Part shown: one piece after another, positions 34,999 through 45,291 of the stretch
Layout of the letters: each line of letters opens with the position of its first letter
Position numbering within the stretch: position 1 is the stretch's first letter
Assembly: GCA_026936335.1 (NCBI GenBank)
Contig: JAPMXV010000050.1
Location: forward strand, 186,001-250,000
Direction of reading: 5' to 3'
DNA: 64,000 bases
Origin: Mantamonas sphyraenae STR306
Taxonomy: Eukaryota > Protista > CRuMs
Translations under genes and position numbers: made by a program
The notes under the pieces: generated by a model
What the model was told of the DNA's origin: nothing
Database searches by the model: none
What the model saw: only the letters and a program-made list of their open reading frames with translations

Positions 34999-36258
34999 TC
35001 ATTCGCGCGCACTCTCTGATGATTCCCTCTGCTGTGCTCTTTGGCTGTTGTACGCCTCAATCTCCTCGTCGCTGACGTCAAGTGGCCTTGTGGCAAAGGT
35101 GAGGTAACTTGTGTGCCCTCGTTGGTCTGAGAACTCTCGTGTGCTCACTGTGGCCCGTGTGCCATTCTTGCTCCTCAGTGCCTCCACGCGTGCCCGGTAC
35201 GCCGCCTTTTTGGCCTGTTTCCTCTCCCTTCGCTGCCGTTTGATGTCCTGTCGTGTCTGTTCGTCGTCCTCCGCTGCGTTTTCGCTTCGTTCACGCTTGC
35301 CACTGGCATTGATTGTGTCGTTGGTGCCGTCGTCGTTGCTGTCACGGTTCTTGCTTGTGTTGGCGGTGGATGTGTTGTTTGTGCGCGAACCACTGTGGCT
35401 GGGTTCGTCGTCGTCGTCGTCGTCGTCGTCGTCCTCCGCCTTGTCTGCGTCACCAAACCAGGGCACGACCATCTCACGCATCTTGACCTCGACAGGCAGT
35501 TCCAAACACTCGATGGTGTGCACATCCATGAATCCCAGGTCCCGCAGTTTGTTTGCGGTGCGCTGGACTTGTTCGATGCAAGGGCTGAAGCAGCAGATCT
35601 TCCCGCCCTCCCGCAGGGCGTTGCGAGCGTTCTCCGCAGCCAACCACGGGGCGGGCAGGTCGAGAAACACGGCGTCGACCTTTTCCACCACATCGCCCGA
35701 CGCCAGGGCGAAGCCTTGTGCGCAGACGTCGCGGTGAGTGACGGTGACCAAAGTGTCGGGCAACCCGAGCTGGGCAAACTCCTCGGCAGCCTTGGTGGCA
35801 CGTGTTTCGTTGAACTCAAAGGTGTACAAATGACCCGAGGGGTGGACGGCACGTGCAAAGCAGGTGGACAGCGAGCCTGTGCCTGTGCCAGCCTCGACGA
35901 CGCATGCGCCTGGGGCAAGCCCCAACTTTAACGTGATGACACCCTTGTCAATGTTGTACACCACCTGTGTGCGATGGGTCAACGCTTTGGTCCACAGCTC
36001 GCTGCTCGGGTGCAGAAGCATCACAAAACCCGCTGTGCCCAGGAATTTGCTGCCGAACGGATGGCCCACCCACTCGTCGTGCGGGAACAGGCCGTACGTG
36101 TTGTGATACTGGCCCCCCTTTTCCACCCACACCGGTTTATACGATTTGGGTCCGTCGCACACAATCACAAGGTCCCCGTAGTCGATTGTGTCCTTGACAT
36201 GCACCAACGAGTTGCGACTCGCGCTGCTGCTGCTGCTGCTGCTGCTCCCTTTCGACAT
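34999..36258 (-). CDS. TRMT61A: tRNA (adenine-58-N1) methyltransferase catalytic subunit
   Basis: ELWTKALTHRTQVVY, EAGTGTGSLS, YTFEF, HRDVC, DAVFLDLPAPW, FSPCIEQV, GHTSYLTFA. Confidence 0.96.
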   Translation of the reverse strand: MSKGSSSSSSSSASRNSLVHVKDTIDYGDLVIVCDGPKSYKPVWVEKGGQYHNTYGLFPHDEWVGHPFGSKFLGTAGFVMLLHPSSELWTKALTHRTQVVYNIDKGVITLKLGLAPGACVVEAGTGTGSLSTCFARAVHPSGHLYTFEFNETRATKAAEEFAQLGLPDTLVTVTHRDVCAQGFALASGDVVEKVDAVFLDLPAPWLAAENARNALREGGKICCFSPCIEQVQRTANKLRDLGFMDVHTIECLELPVEVKMREMVVPWFGDADKAEDDDDDDDDDEPSHSGSRTNNTSTANTSKNRDSNDDGTNDTINASGKRERSENAAEDDEQTRQDIKRQRRERKQAKKAAYRARVEALRSKNGTRATVSTREFSDQRGHTSYLTFATRPLDVSDEEIEAYNSQRAQQRESSESARE

Positions 36259-36357
36259 CCCCGCAAATGAGTTGGCTGCAGGAGGGGGAAAATGAAATCC
36301 ATTGTGTGGATTGTGCATGTGCATGTGCATGTGTGTGTGTGTGTATGTGTGTGTGTC

Positions 36358-37292
36358 TCAGCATGAGCAGCTGTCGTCGTCGTCGTTCCAGCCTTTCTCC
36401 TTGCCGCCGATCTCGACGAGGCCCCTGTCTTCTTCGGCACCCTTCTTGCTGGTTTTGTCGCGGCGTTCGGTGAACCAAAACGAGCAGGCGTGCTGGAAGA
36501 TGGACGACACAGCCGCAAAGGGATCCTTCTCCTCTATGTCGCCCTCCTCGTACTTGGACGACGTCTCGAAGTACTTGCCGCCAATCGAGCGAGCGTACAA
36601 CTGCCCTTCCTGGCTGCTTACCTGGCGTGGTGCTCGCTTGCGGTGCACCAGGTCAATCTTGGTGCCGACAACCACAGGCACAAAGCTGTTCCCACTGTTC
36701 ACCGCACGTGTGGCCTCCAGGTAGGTTTCCAGTTGCTCGAAAGAGTCGCGATCGGTCAAGTCTGTCCTCGGGAACACAAGCAAACCACCCCCCCCCGCGC
36801 AAAGGGTGTCAGTCGCATGCGGCGTGAGAGCGAAGCGTTGAGGTGGGCGGCGGTGCAACAACGTACCAAAAACCAGCAGAGCAATGGATGCGTTGCGGTA
36901 GTACATGCGGGACAGCGACTTGAACGACTCCTGGCCAGCCGTGTCCCAGATACCAATCACCAATCTCTCGTTCTCGGGCGACCTCCACTTGCGGCTCATG
37001 TACGCCGCACCCACAGTCTGCACAGCCGCCATGTGTGCAAGCGAGGCGAGCGGAACGCGCCCTTGCAGGTGTCAGTCGAGCGTGTGTGGGCTTGGTAAAA
37101 GGGCAGCGTGGGCCGGAATGGCAGCGCGTGCACACGCGTCGCAGCGGAACCCACCGATTGCGGAGAGTCGCCAAATTGGTTATACATGAGTCTGGTGAGA
37201 AAGGTGGTTTTGCCCACGGATGACTTGCCCACCACGATCATCTTGGCGTCAATGCGGTCGACTCCCGCCGGGCCGGGGCTTGTGGAGGACAT
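36358..37292 (-). CDS. Rab GTPase, Rab24/Rab20-like
   Basis: GKSSVGKT, TVGAAY, GIWDTAGQE, MYYRNA, GTKIDL, FETSSK, C-terminal CSC prenylation motif; two introns. Confidence 0.85.
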
Positions 37293-37459
37293 GGACGCTG
37301 GACAGGGGATAGGCAGAACGCAAAGTGGGTCAGCACGGGTGCATAGGGTGTGTATGGAGCCAGCACGGCTGATAGTGAGCACAAAAAGTGCATACGTACG
37401 GCGAGGGGTGGCTGGTTGTGTGGGTGTGCGCGGACGCCGCCAACTTGAACCGAGCAGCG

Positions 37460-38709
37460 ATGGTGAGTGGCACACGACAGGGAGAGGGGGGGGAGCAGAA
37501 AACAGGAACAGGGGGAATCTGACATTGGCATTGGCACCGTCCTTGGCACACAGTTTGGGTACGACCTGGGTTGGCTGGACACCATTCTGACGGGTGTGCT
37601 GGGCTTGCTGGTTACATTTGCGGTTGTACTGTACACCCTTCAGGACAAACTGCTGTATTATCCGCAGTTGCCCGAGGGATCACGCAGTACGTAGCAGGGA
37701 GAGGAAGGGGACGAGGAGGAGAGATGGCTGACGCACGCGCTCCCTTTCTGCACGCACTGGTGTCGCAGCAAGCTTTGCGTTTACACCCGACCATTGGGGC
37801 ATTGAGTACGACGACGTGATGATTGAGTGCAGCGACAAGGTGAAGATCCATGCGTGGCTGTTGAAGCAGCCAGCGCACAGGTTGTCGCTGGCACCCACGG
37901 TGCTCTACTTCCACGGAAACGCAGGCAGTACGTTGCGCGCGAGGGAGAGCAGGGAGAACAGCGTGTGAGGTGAAGAAAGGGAGAAAAGGGCAAGGGGCAC
38001 ACGGTGACGCTGTTGTATCGCCTCTGTGGGGGCACATGGCTGACACACTCGCGCTCCAAAAACGAGAGCAGACATTGGACACCGGATGCACAACGCAGGC
38101 ACGATGCATGCGCTGGGGTTGAATGTGCTCATGGTCGAGTATCGTGGCTATGGCAAGTCTGAGGGCACAGTGAGCGAAGAAGGCATCAAGATGGACGGCG
38201 AGGCGGCGCTGGACTACGTGCTGGGGCGGGAGGATCTGAACCGGGACGCGTTGATCCTGTTTGGTCGCTCACTGGGCGGGGCTGTGGCTGTGCATGTGGC
38301 AAACAAGCGACAAGACCAGATCAAGGCGTTGATTGTGGAAAACACTTTCCTGGGCATTGACGACCTGATCGACGTGCTGTTTCCGCTGTTGACGCCGTTC
38401 AAGTTCCTCAGCCGCAACAAACTGGCCAGCAAGGAGCTGATGGGCAGCCTGAGTCTGCCTGTGCTCTTTCTTTCTGGACGCAAGGATGAACTGGTGCCGC
38501 CTGCCCACATGGACAAGCTGTATTCGCTGGCCACAAAGTCAAGCGACAAGGTCATGCACATGTTCTCGCAGGGGACACACAACATGACCCCCAACGAGCC
38601 TCACTACTATCTCCACCTGTACAACTTTCTCACCTCTCTCTTTGTCAAGAACCAACTCATGCTGGACAAGAGCCAGATCCCCCAGCGGCTGGTGGGAAAG
38701 CTGCGGTGA
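37460..38709 (+). CDS. ABHD13: Alpha/beta hydrolase ABHD13/Bem46
   Basis: TM segment + QDKLLYYP, LYFHGNAGNIGHR, EYRGYGKSEG, GRSLGGAV, IVENTF, DELVP, GTHN; ATG-only exon 1, three introns. Confidence 0.92.
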
Positions 38710-38898
38710 GCTTCGGTGGGAGCATCGGAGTGTGTGTGTGTGTGTGTGTATGGGGATGAATGTTGGCAATGGATGGATGTTTGATGTTTGCGGTGTTCTC
38801 CGATGTGGAGAGGTGGGAAAACGACTTTGGCGCGTTTGCACTGCGCTGCCGCTGCCATCTCAAAGCCATTTTCATCAACGTCAAGCCACAGCCCCGCG

Positions 38899-40661
38899 AT
38901 GTCAGATCGATTGCACACGTTTGGACAACATCAAGACGACCCGTACAGTGGGTCGGAGAGTGAAAGCAGCACGAGCAGCGTGAAACGAACGCGCAAACCG
39001 CGACGTTACCAGGGGGAGGTGCCGCTGAGTGAGTTTTCCCGTTCAGGTGTGCACATCACTACAACGAGTGGGAGTGCACCGTGTCTAGGGTCACAGATGG
39101 GCGTGGGGACGGACATTGGAGGGCGGGAGGGGCGACGGTGCTTTTCTGCGAATTTCTGGTTTTCGGGTTTTGGCAAAGCGCGCAAACACAGCAGATCCCA
39201 CGGGGAGAGGCAGAAGGGACAGCGAGCTGACACGCAGCACGGGTGGGAAACAGACGCCAACAAGGAACGACGACTGCACAATGTGGGCCGCAAGGGCAGC
39301 CGACGCCACAAGCGTTGGGCAAACTCCCACTTTTATCTGAACTCGCTGCACAGCGGGTCTGTGGACGCCAAGGGTCAGCATCTCAAGTCGAGCACAGCCA
39401 CACGGCTGGAGTTGAGTATGTTGAACTGGTACAGCGACCAGCTGGGCACGAACAACACCAAGCGGGAGTTTGCTCGGCTGTACGAAGAGCGCAACCTGGC
39501 GTTTTTCGATCCGCTGCGCAGCGTCGACGTCGACGTGCACGAAAAGGTGCGTTGTGGAGAGTGGACGTGTGGCGGATGAGGCTGTGGTGAGCTGTGCTGA
39601 CGCATGGCCATCGGCACATGGCTGCCGCCCCGATGACCCAGATGATGCAATTCCTTCAGGAGTGCCTGGACGAGGGGAAGCCACGACGCGGCAAAGGCAG
39701 CTCGAGTGAGGAGGGTAGCGACAGTGATAGTGACTGGAGCGATGACCAAGAGACGGAACAATCGGAGGAGCAGAAGGCGGATCAGCACGGGAGCAGCGTG
39801 GGAAGCAGCATCGGAAGCAGCAGCAGCAGCAGCAACAGCGGCAGCAGCATGCTCGGAAGCACCAGTTCCTTTGACATGGAAGAAGGCGTGGAGGTGGTCG
39901 AACTGGACAGTGACTACACCGAATCGGAGTGGGAGTCTGAAACCGACCAAGGCTTCACAAGCAGCGCGAGCACAGGCAAGGCGCATGCGTCCGGTGCGTC
40001 GTCGATGACAGAGGAGGAGCGTGTGGCGGCGCGTGCAGCGGCACGGCGCAGGCGTCGACGACGCAAGCGGTACGTGCCCAAGATGGCGCCGAGCACTGTA
40101 CGCTTGCTGGAACGCGTGGTGCACCACGATTTTGTGACCAGCATCGACGAGGCAGTGTATGGCTTTGTGCAGGAAAACAGGCAACACCCGGCCAAGAAGA
40201 AGGGGTATGTGAACGTGGATTGCGAGCCGCTGGTGCTTGATCTTCCGATCTCCTTCCACCGCCTGGTGGCTCACCACATCGCCGACTACTACGGCCTGGA
40301 GAGCGAGAGCTTTTGGACATTGGACGACCAGCGCATGATGCGTGTGTCGTTTCCAGCCAAGTATCACCGTCGTCGCATTCCTGCGTCGCGGCTGAAGGAC
40401 TATGTGGTGCTGCAGTTGGACAGCATGGCACTGGCAAAGCGTACAGCCTCGGGCGGCAAAGGCAGCCCGGAGCCTCAGGGCAAGGATGGATCACCATCGA
40501 GGACCCCAGGCACAGCCACAAGTGGCAGCGAGTTGTCGGACAGCTCAAACCGCTCGTCGCGCAGTCGCAACATCCGTGCGCGTCTCAAGAAGGAGCGCAA
40601 GGCCAAGCGACGCATCAAGGCCAACCAGAACACCATTGATGGCATCCCCGTGTGGGAGTAG
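38899..40661 (+). CDS. R3H-domain protein, R3HDM4-like
   Basis: R3H motif SFHRLVAHHIADYYGLESES; upstream GSRRHKRWAN and FARLY...FDPL resemble the R3H-associated region; intron from 39547. Confidence 0.7.
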
Positions 40662-40721
40662 CAAAGGGTTTGTGCGGTGGTCATCGCAACAGAACAAAAC
40701 ACGGTGCACACACTCTCTTCG

Positions 40722-41605
40722 ATGCGAGCTCGGACGTGGCAGACGCTTGCGTTGGGATGCAGCGTGGCAGTGGTAGTGTGTTGCATGCTTGCGGGCGTGC
40801 AGGCGGAGCAGGAGAGCGAGTTTGAGTCGCTGAAACGCTCGGCCATGGTCTTTTACGACCGCAAGGACTACAACTCGGCCACCAAGCTGCTTTCACAGGC
40901 CCTGGACAAAGATCCAGACGACACAGAGACGCTGACGCTGTTTTGCGACTCGCTGCGCGGTCAGGGTAGGTTGGAAGGGCGCGGGTGAGGCGTGCGCACG
41001 TTTCCACGTGGCGATTCCGGACACGAGACTGACGGACGCCGTCTGCGCGCACGAGGACAGGGCGCACGGCCAACGCGGCATGCCAGTGCAAAAAGGCCTT
41101 GCAGGAGACAAAGGATTATCTGAAGGCATACGTGGTGCTGGGCCACACGTACCATGACCAGGGAAAAACGCTGTGGGCCAAGGGAACGCTGGACCAGGCA
41201 ATGCGGCAGGCACCTGTGCAGGCCCGTCGCATGATGAAGGAGCGAGGCCTGGAAATGTACTTTCCAGAAAGGTTTGTGGCGCCTGATCCGGCGACGCAGC
41301 CGAAGCGCAAGGAGAAGTTCCGCGAGGACCGCATCAGGGAGATTAAGCAAGCAAACGAAGACAAGCAGCGACGGGAGGAGGAGCGGGTGCGCCAGCAGAA
41401 GGAAGCGGAGCGGGAGGAGCGGCTGAACAAGATCCGAGAGATGGAGAAGGAGCAGTACCAAAACTCGGGGGCGTTTACGTATGGCCAAGGCGCAGCCGAC
41501 CAGAGTGGAGGCGCCTCGGGGGCATTTGGCGCACACCCGCACGACATCAACCAGTTTGCCAGCACCGAGGGTATTGCACAGCACCAGCAGGCCGGGTCGC
41601 ATTGA
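40722..41605 (+). CDS. Signal-peptide TPR protein with charged coiled coil
   Basis: Hydrophobic N-terminus ending VQA; TPR-like FYDRKDYNSATKLLSQALDKDP and AYVVLGHTYHDQGK; intron about 40966-41060. Confidence 0.7.
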
Positions 41606-41622
41606 GAGCAAAATGCCCCACT

Positions 41623-43494
41623 TCACCAGTTCTCCTTGAGCCAGTCTCGCCAGTTCTTGCCTGCCTTTGTGTTGCCATCGGGCGCAGCGTCGCTGTCGAG
41701 GTTGCCTTGCTGGTCAACCGAGGCACGCACAGGCCTGCCCTTGCGTGTGGGACGCGTGTGTGCGCTCGCCATGCGTTCGTCTCGTGTTTGCTTCTGCTCG
41801 CGTGCCTCGAGCTGTTGTTCGTTGAGGGCGCTGATCTTGCGTGTGTGTGTCTTTGCACTTGTGCTGGGACTTGCAGCCACGCTCTTGTCTGCACGCACTG
41901 TCTGCATGCCGCCCATTCCGGTGATAATCACGCTGACGCGCACCCTTCCGTCCAGGGTGGAGTCGAAGCTGCTGCCAAAGATGATGTTTGCATCCGGATG
42001 CACCTGCTCACCCACAAAGTTGCTCACTTCGTTGATTTCAAACAAAGTCAGGTCGTTGCCGCCGCTGACGGAGATGAGCACCCCTCGCGCATCCTCCACG
42101 TCCACGTTGGCCAGCAGCGGGTTCTTGAGTGCCGCTTTGGCTGCATCCAGGGCCCGTGTGTCGCCTCCTGCCTCGGCTGTGCCCATGAGGGCCTTGCCGG
42201 CGTCCTTCATCACCGTTTTGACGTCGGCAAAGTCTAGGTTGATGAGACCCGGCTGGATGATGAGGTCTGTGACGCCCTTGACGCCTCTGTACAACACGTC
42301 ATCGGCCATGCGAAAGGCATCGGCAAACGTGGTCTGCTTGCTGGCCATGCGCAGCAAATTTTGGTTGGGAATGACAATCATGGTGTCCACGACGCGCTCC
42401 AGCTCAATCATCCCCTGGTCCGCAAGGCGTTGGCGCTGTTTGCCCTCAAACCCAAAGGGTTGTGTGACCACGGCCACGGTGAGCATGCCTGCCTTTTTGG
42501 TGTGTTCGGCAATGACCGGAGCGGCGCCTGTTCCGGTGCCTCCACCCATGCCAGCTGTGATGAACACCATGTTGGAGCCCTGAATGTGTTGCATCACCTC
42601 TTGGATGCCCTCTTGGGCAGCCTCGCGTCCCACGTGTGGTTGTGCGCCTGCGCCGAGCCCCTGGGTTACGGTGGCGCCAAGTTGCACGCGCTTCTCGCTC
42701 AGCGAGTCACCCAGTGCCTGTGCGTCTGTGTTGGCCACCACAAACTCCACGCCAGCCAGCTGCGAGGCAATCATGTTGTTGACTGCGTTTCCGCCAGCGC
42801 CGCCGACGCCGATGACGCTGATCAGCGGGGTGGTGGCGAAATCTGAGCGGGAAAACACGCGAGACGGTGTTAGCGAGCGAATGCCAAAACGTATGCCATG
42901 GACACAGTGCACAGGGGGTCACTCACTAAACACTTCACTCTTGGTGCGCTTTGTCTGCGTCCTGGTCTGCTGTTCGTGGGCCGGGGCCTGTTGTTCGGCA
43001 GCTTGGGTCGTGCGCGGACGACGCGGTTTCACGGGCGGCTTGCCTTGCATGCGCTTGTTGCGTGCCTCGAGGATTTCTGCACGCGACCGACGTCTCTGCT
43101 TGAGCATCTGGTCGACCTGGTCAGCGTCGTCCTGGTCGCTGCGTGCACAGGGCGTGGTGAACACGGGCCGGTGCGTGGAGGCGAGCACCGAAGCTGGATT
43201 TTGGCGGGAAGAGGCCGAGGGGACGATGTTAGTGGACGATGCAGATGATGCATAGCATGGAAGGATGTGTGTGTGTGCGTGTATGTTTGGCGAGAGGAAG
43301 TGCGGGGTGTGTTTGAGTGCACGTACCTTGCGGCATGCGTGTACGACGAGCAGCAGCACGAGCAAACTGGCAGGGTTGGGAATCCGTGTGTCAGCGCGAG
43401 GATGGATGAGAAGGAAAGCGGCGGGGAAGGAGGATGGACCCAAGCGGTGGATGATGGTGGAGGGTGGTGGTGGAGGGTGATGGTGGGGTACCAT
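41623..43494 (-). CDS. ftsZ: Mitochondrion-targeted FtsZ
   Basis: [54 protein letters not shown]; spliced N-terminus [23 protein letters not shown] is presequence-like; introns 43367-43491, 43194-43326, 42843-42926. Confidence 0.95.
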
Positions 43495-43562
43495 TGGAGA
43501 TTGGGATGGGTGCGCTGGCGCGGGAAAGTGAACCGGCGCGCACGACCTTTCCCGCCGGCGGC

Positions 43563-45237
43563 ATGTCGGAACAACAGCTGTACGAGCTACGTGCAGAGGA
43601 TGGGTCTGTGTACTACCACGATGGAACGTACTACTATGACGAAAACGGGTTTGCGTTTTACTACACGGAGCTGGGCGACGTAGTGTACGTGGACGCAGAC
43701 GGGAACCCTTACTACGTGGATGCAGAAGGTCAGGCATACTACTACCGAGACCACGAAGTGCCAGCACCGATGCAGGCGCTGTCACAGGGGACGACAGACA
43801 CGTCACGGTTCGAGGTGGCGAGCAACAGCGCGATGGGCTCGGTGGAAACAAGTTCGGCAAGGATGGAACAGCAGCGCCTGAAACAGGCGGCAGCGAGCAA
43901 GAAAAGGGTGAAAGCAAACGGGGAAAAGGCGCAACAAAAGAGCAGAAGCGCACGGTCGAAGAACAATCTGAAGCAGGCGGCGTCTGCGAGCAGCAGCGGG
44001 AGCAGCGGGAGCAGCGGGAGCAGCAAGGGCGGGTCGCACCATGGAGGACGATCGAGTGGGAGCAGGGACAAGGGAAAGGGCAAGAGCAGGAGTAAGGGAC
44101 ATTCGGGGAAGGGAAAGTCGGGAAGGGGCGAAGAGATTGCGTTGAAGGAGCGGAACGGGGATCTATTTATGGGCGTTTCGCCGGCGTCGCGCAAAGCTGC
44201 AAAGAAGAAGCGGTTGGAGGAGGAGATCAGCGCAGTGACGACGCCTATGGCGAAGCAGCGCAGCCACGTGCGCAGCAAGACCAAAATGCGTGCGGCAGGC
44301 GTGGGCAGTTCACACGGGATGCGAGAGCGCGAACTGGAGCGGGAGGATTCGTCGCGGATGGATCCGTCGAAGCGAGCGCGGCACAACTGGGGCAAGGCAC
44401 GCGCAGCGGCCAAGCTTCTGGTGGAGGAGGTGAAAGTGACGGAGCGCATTGCTGCGTTCAAGAGCGTGCCCAAATCCTTCAAATGGGTGACGTACTTTGA
44501 AGGGGAGAAGCGGTTCGACGTGGTGACCAAGTAAGGAGAAAACGGGCCAGAAACGGATGCCCGTAGCGTGGAAGGCGCCCACACAGACAGCCACTGACAC
44601 ACGCATACACACACACACGTACACAACGGACACACGTGACTGTGCACACAGGTACCCACAACCAGAGGACACGGATGACGATGTGTCTGTGCAGTACCTG
44701 GGCAACGAACCCGGTTGGGTGGACGACATCGGGCCCGTGCTCATTCGGTACGCAGGCGGGCTGGCGTTGAACGTAATCCCCGTGCGCGAGTGGTACGTGG
44801 TTCAAAAGATCCTGCCGTTTGTGGAGCTGAAGCAGCGCAAGGCGCCGCTGCTGTTGGTGCCGTCGTACGAGGTGACCGAGACGCACGAAGAGATCACCCG
44901 GTACGGAGGCGAGCAGCGAGAGGACAGCAAGTTCCAGGTGGTTCACCAAACCGTGGATATGTTTCACACCATCCGCGGCTTCAGCAAGCTGGACCGCAAC
45001 GTGTCGCCCGGGGCGAAATTTCGCTGCTTTCTGGCATGGGCAAATTCAGACTGGGGCGACGACGTGGCTCACTTTAAGAAGTACCTGGGCGAAGATGACG
45101 ACGGTTTTGTCACACCACTGTTCTGGCGCATCTTTTGCTGCGAGTGTGAACCGGACTTTAACGTGGAAGACCGCGGTGTGCTGGAAAAGGTGTACGCATT
45201 GCCCATTCTGGGTCCCAAGGCGCTGCTGAAGAGATGA
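43563..45237 (+). CDS. Hypothetical protein: N-terminal Tyr-rich beta-hairpin repeats, basic linker, globular C-terminus
   Basis: YYHDG/YYYDENG/YYTELG/YVDADG/YYVDAEG repeats; intron about 44531-44651; open to 45237. Confidence 0.65.
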
Positions 45238-45291
45238 GGGGAACATGGGTGACTACAGTAGATGCCCATGGAATATACATTAAAAACGCCC

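Noticed and set aside
17742-36258. Functional cluster of Fe-S (ISCA2, NDOR1) and tRNA-modification (DUS3, TRM61) genes
   Set aside because: Interspersed with unrelated genes and acting in different compartments; chance proximity is sufficient in such a dense genome.
13240-38750. (GT)n/(CA)n tracts and poly-Ser trinucleotide runs
   Set aside because: Ordinary microsatellites in introns, UTRs and low-complexity linkers; no higher-order structure seen.
25635-43494. Bacterial contamination or recent HGT suggested by FtsZ, the COG3044 ATPase and the HAD hydrolase
   Set aside because: FtsZ has spliceosomal introns and a presequence; all are embedded among eukaryotic genes with matching composition.
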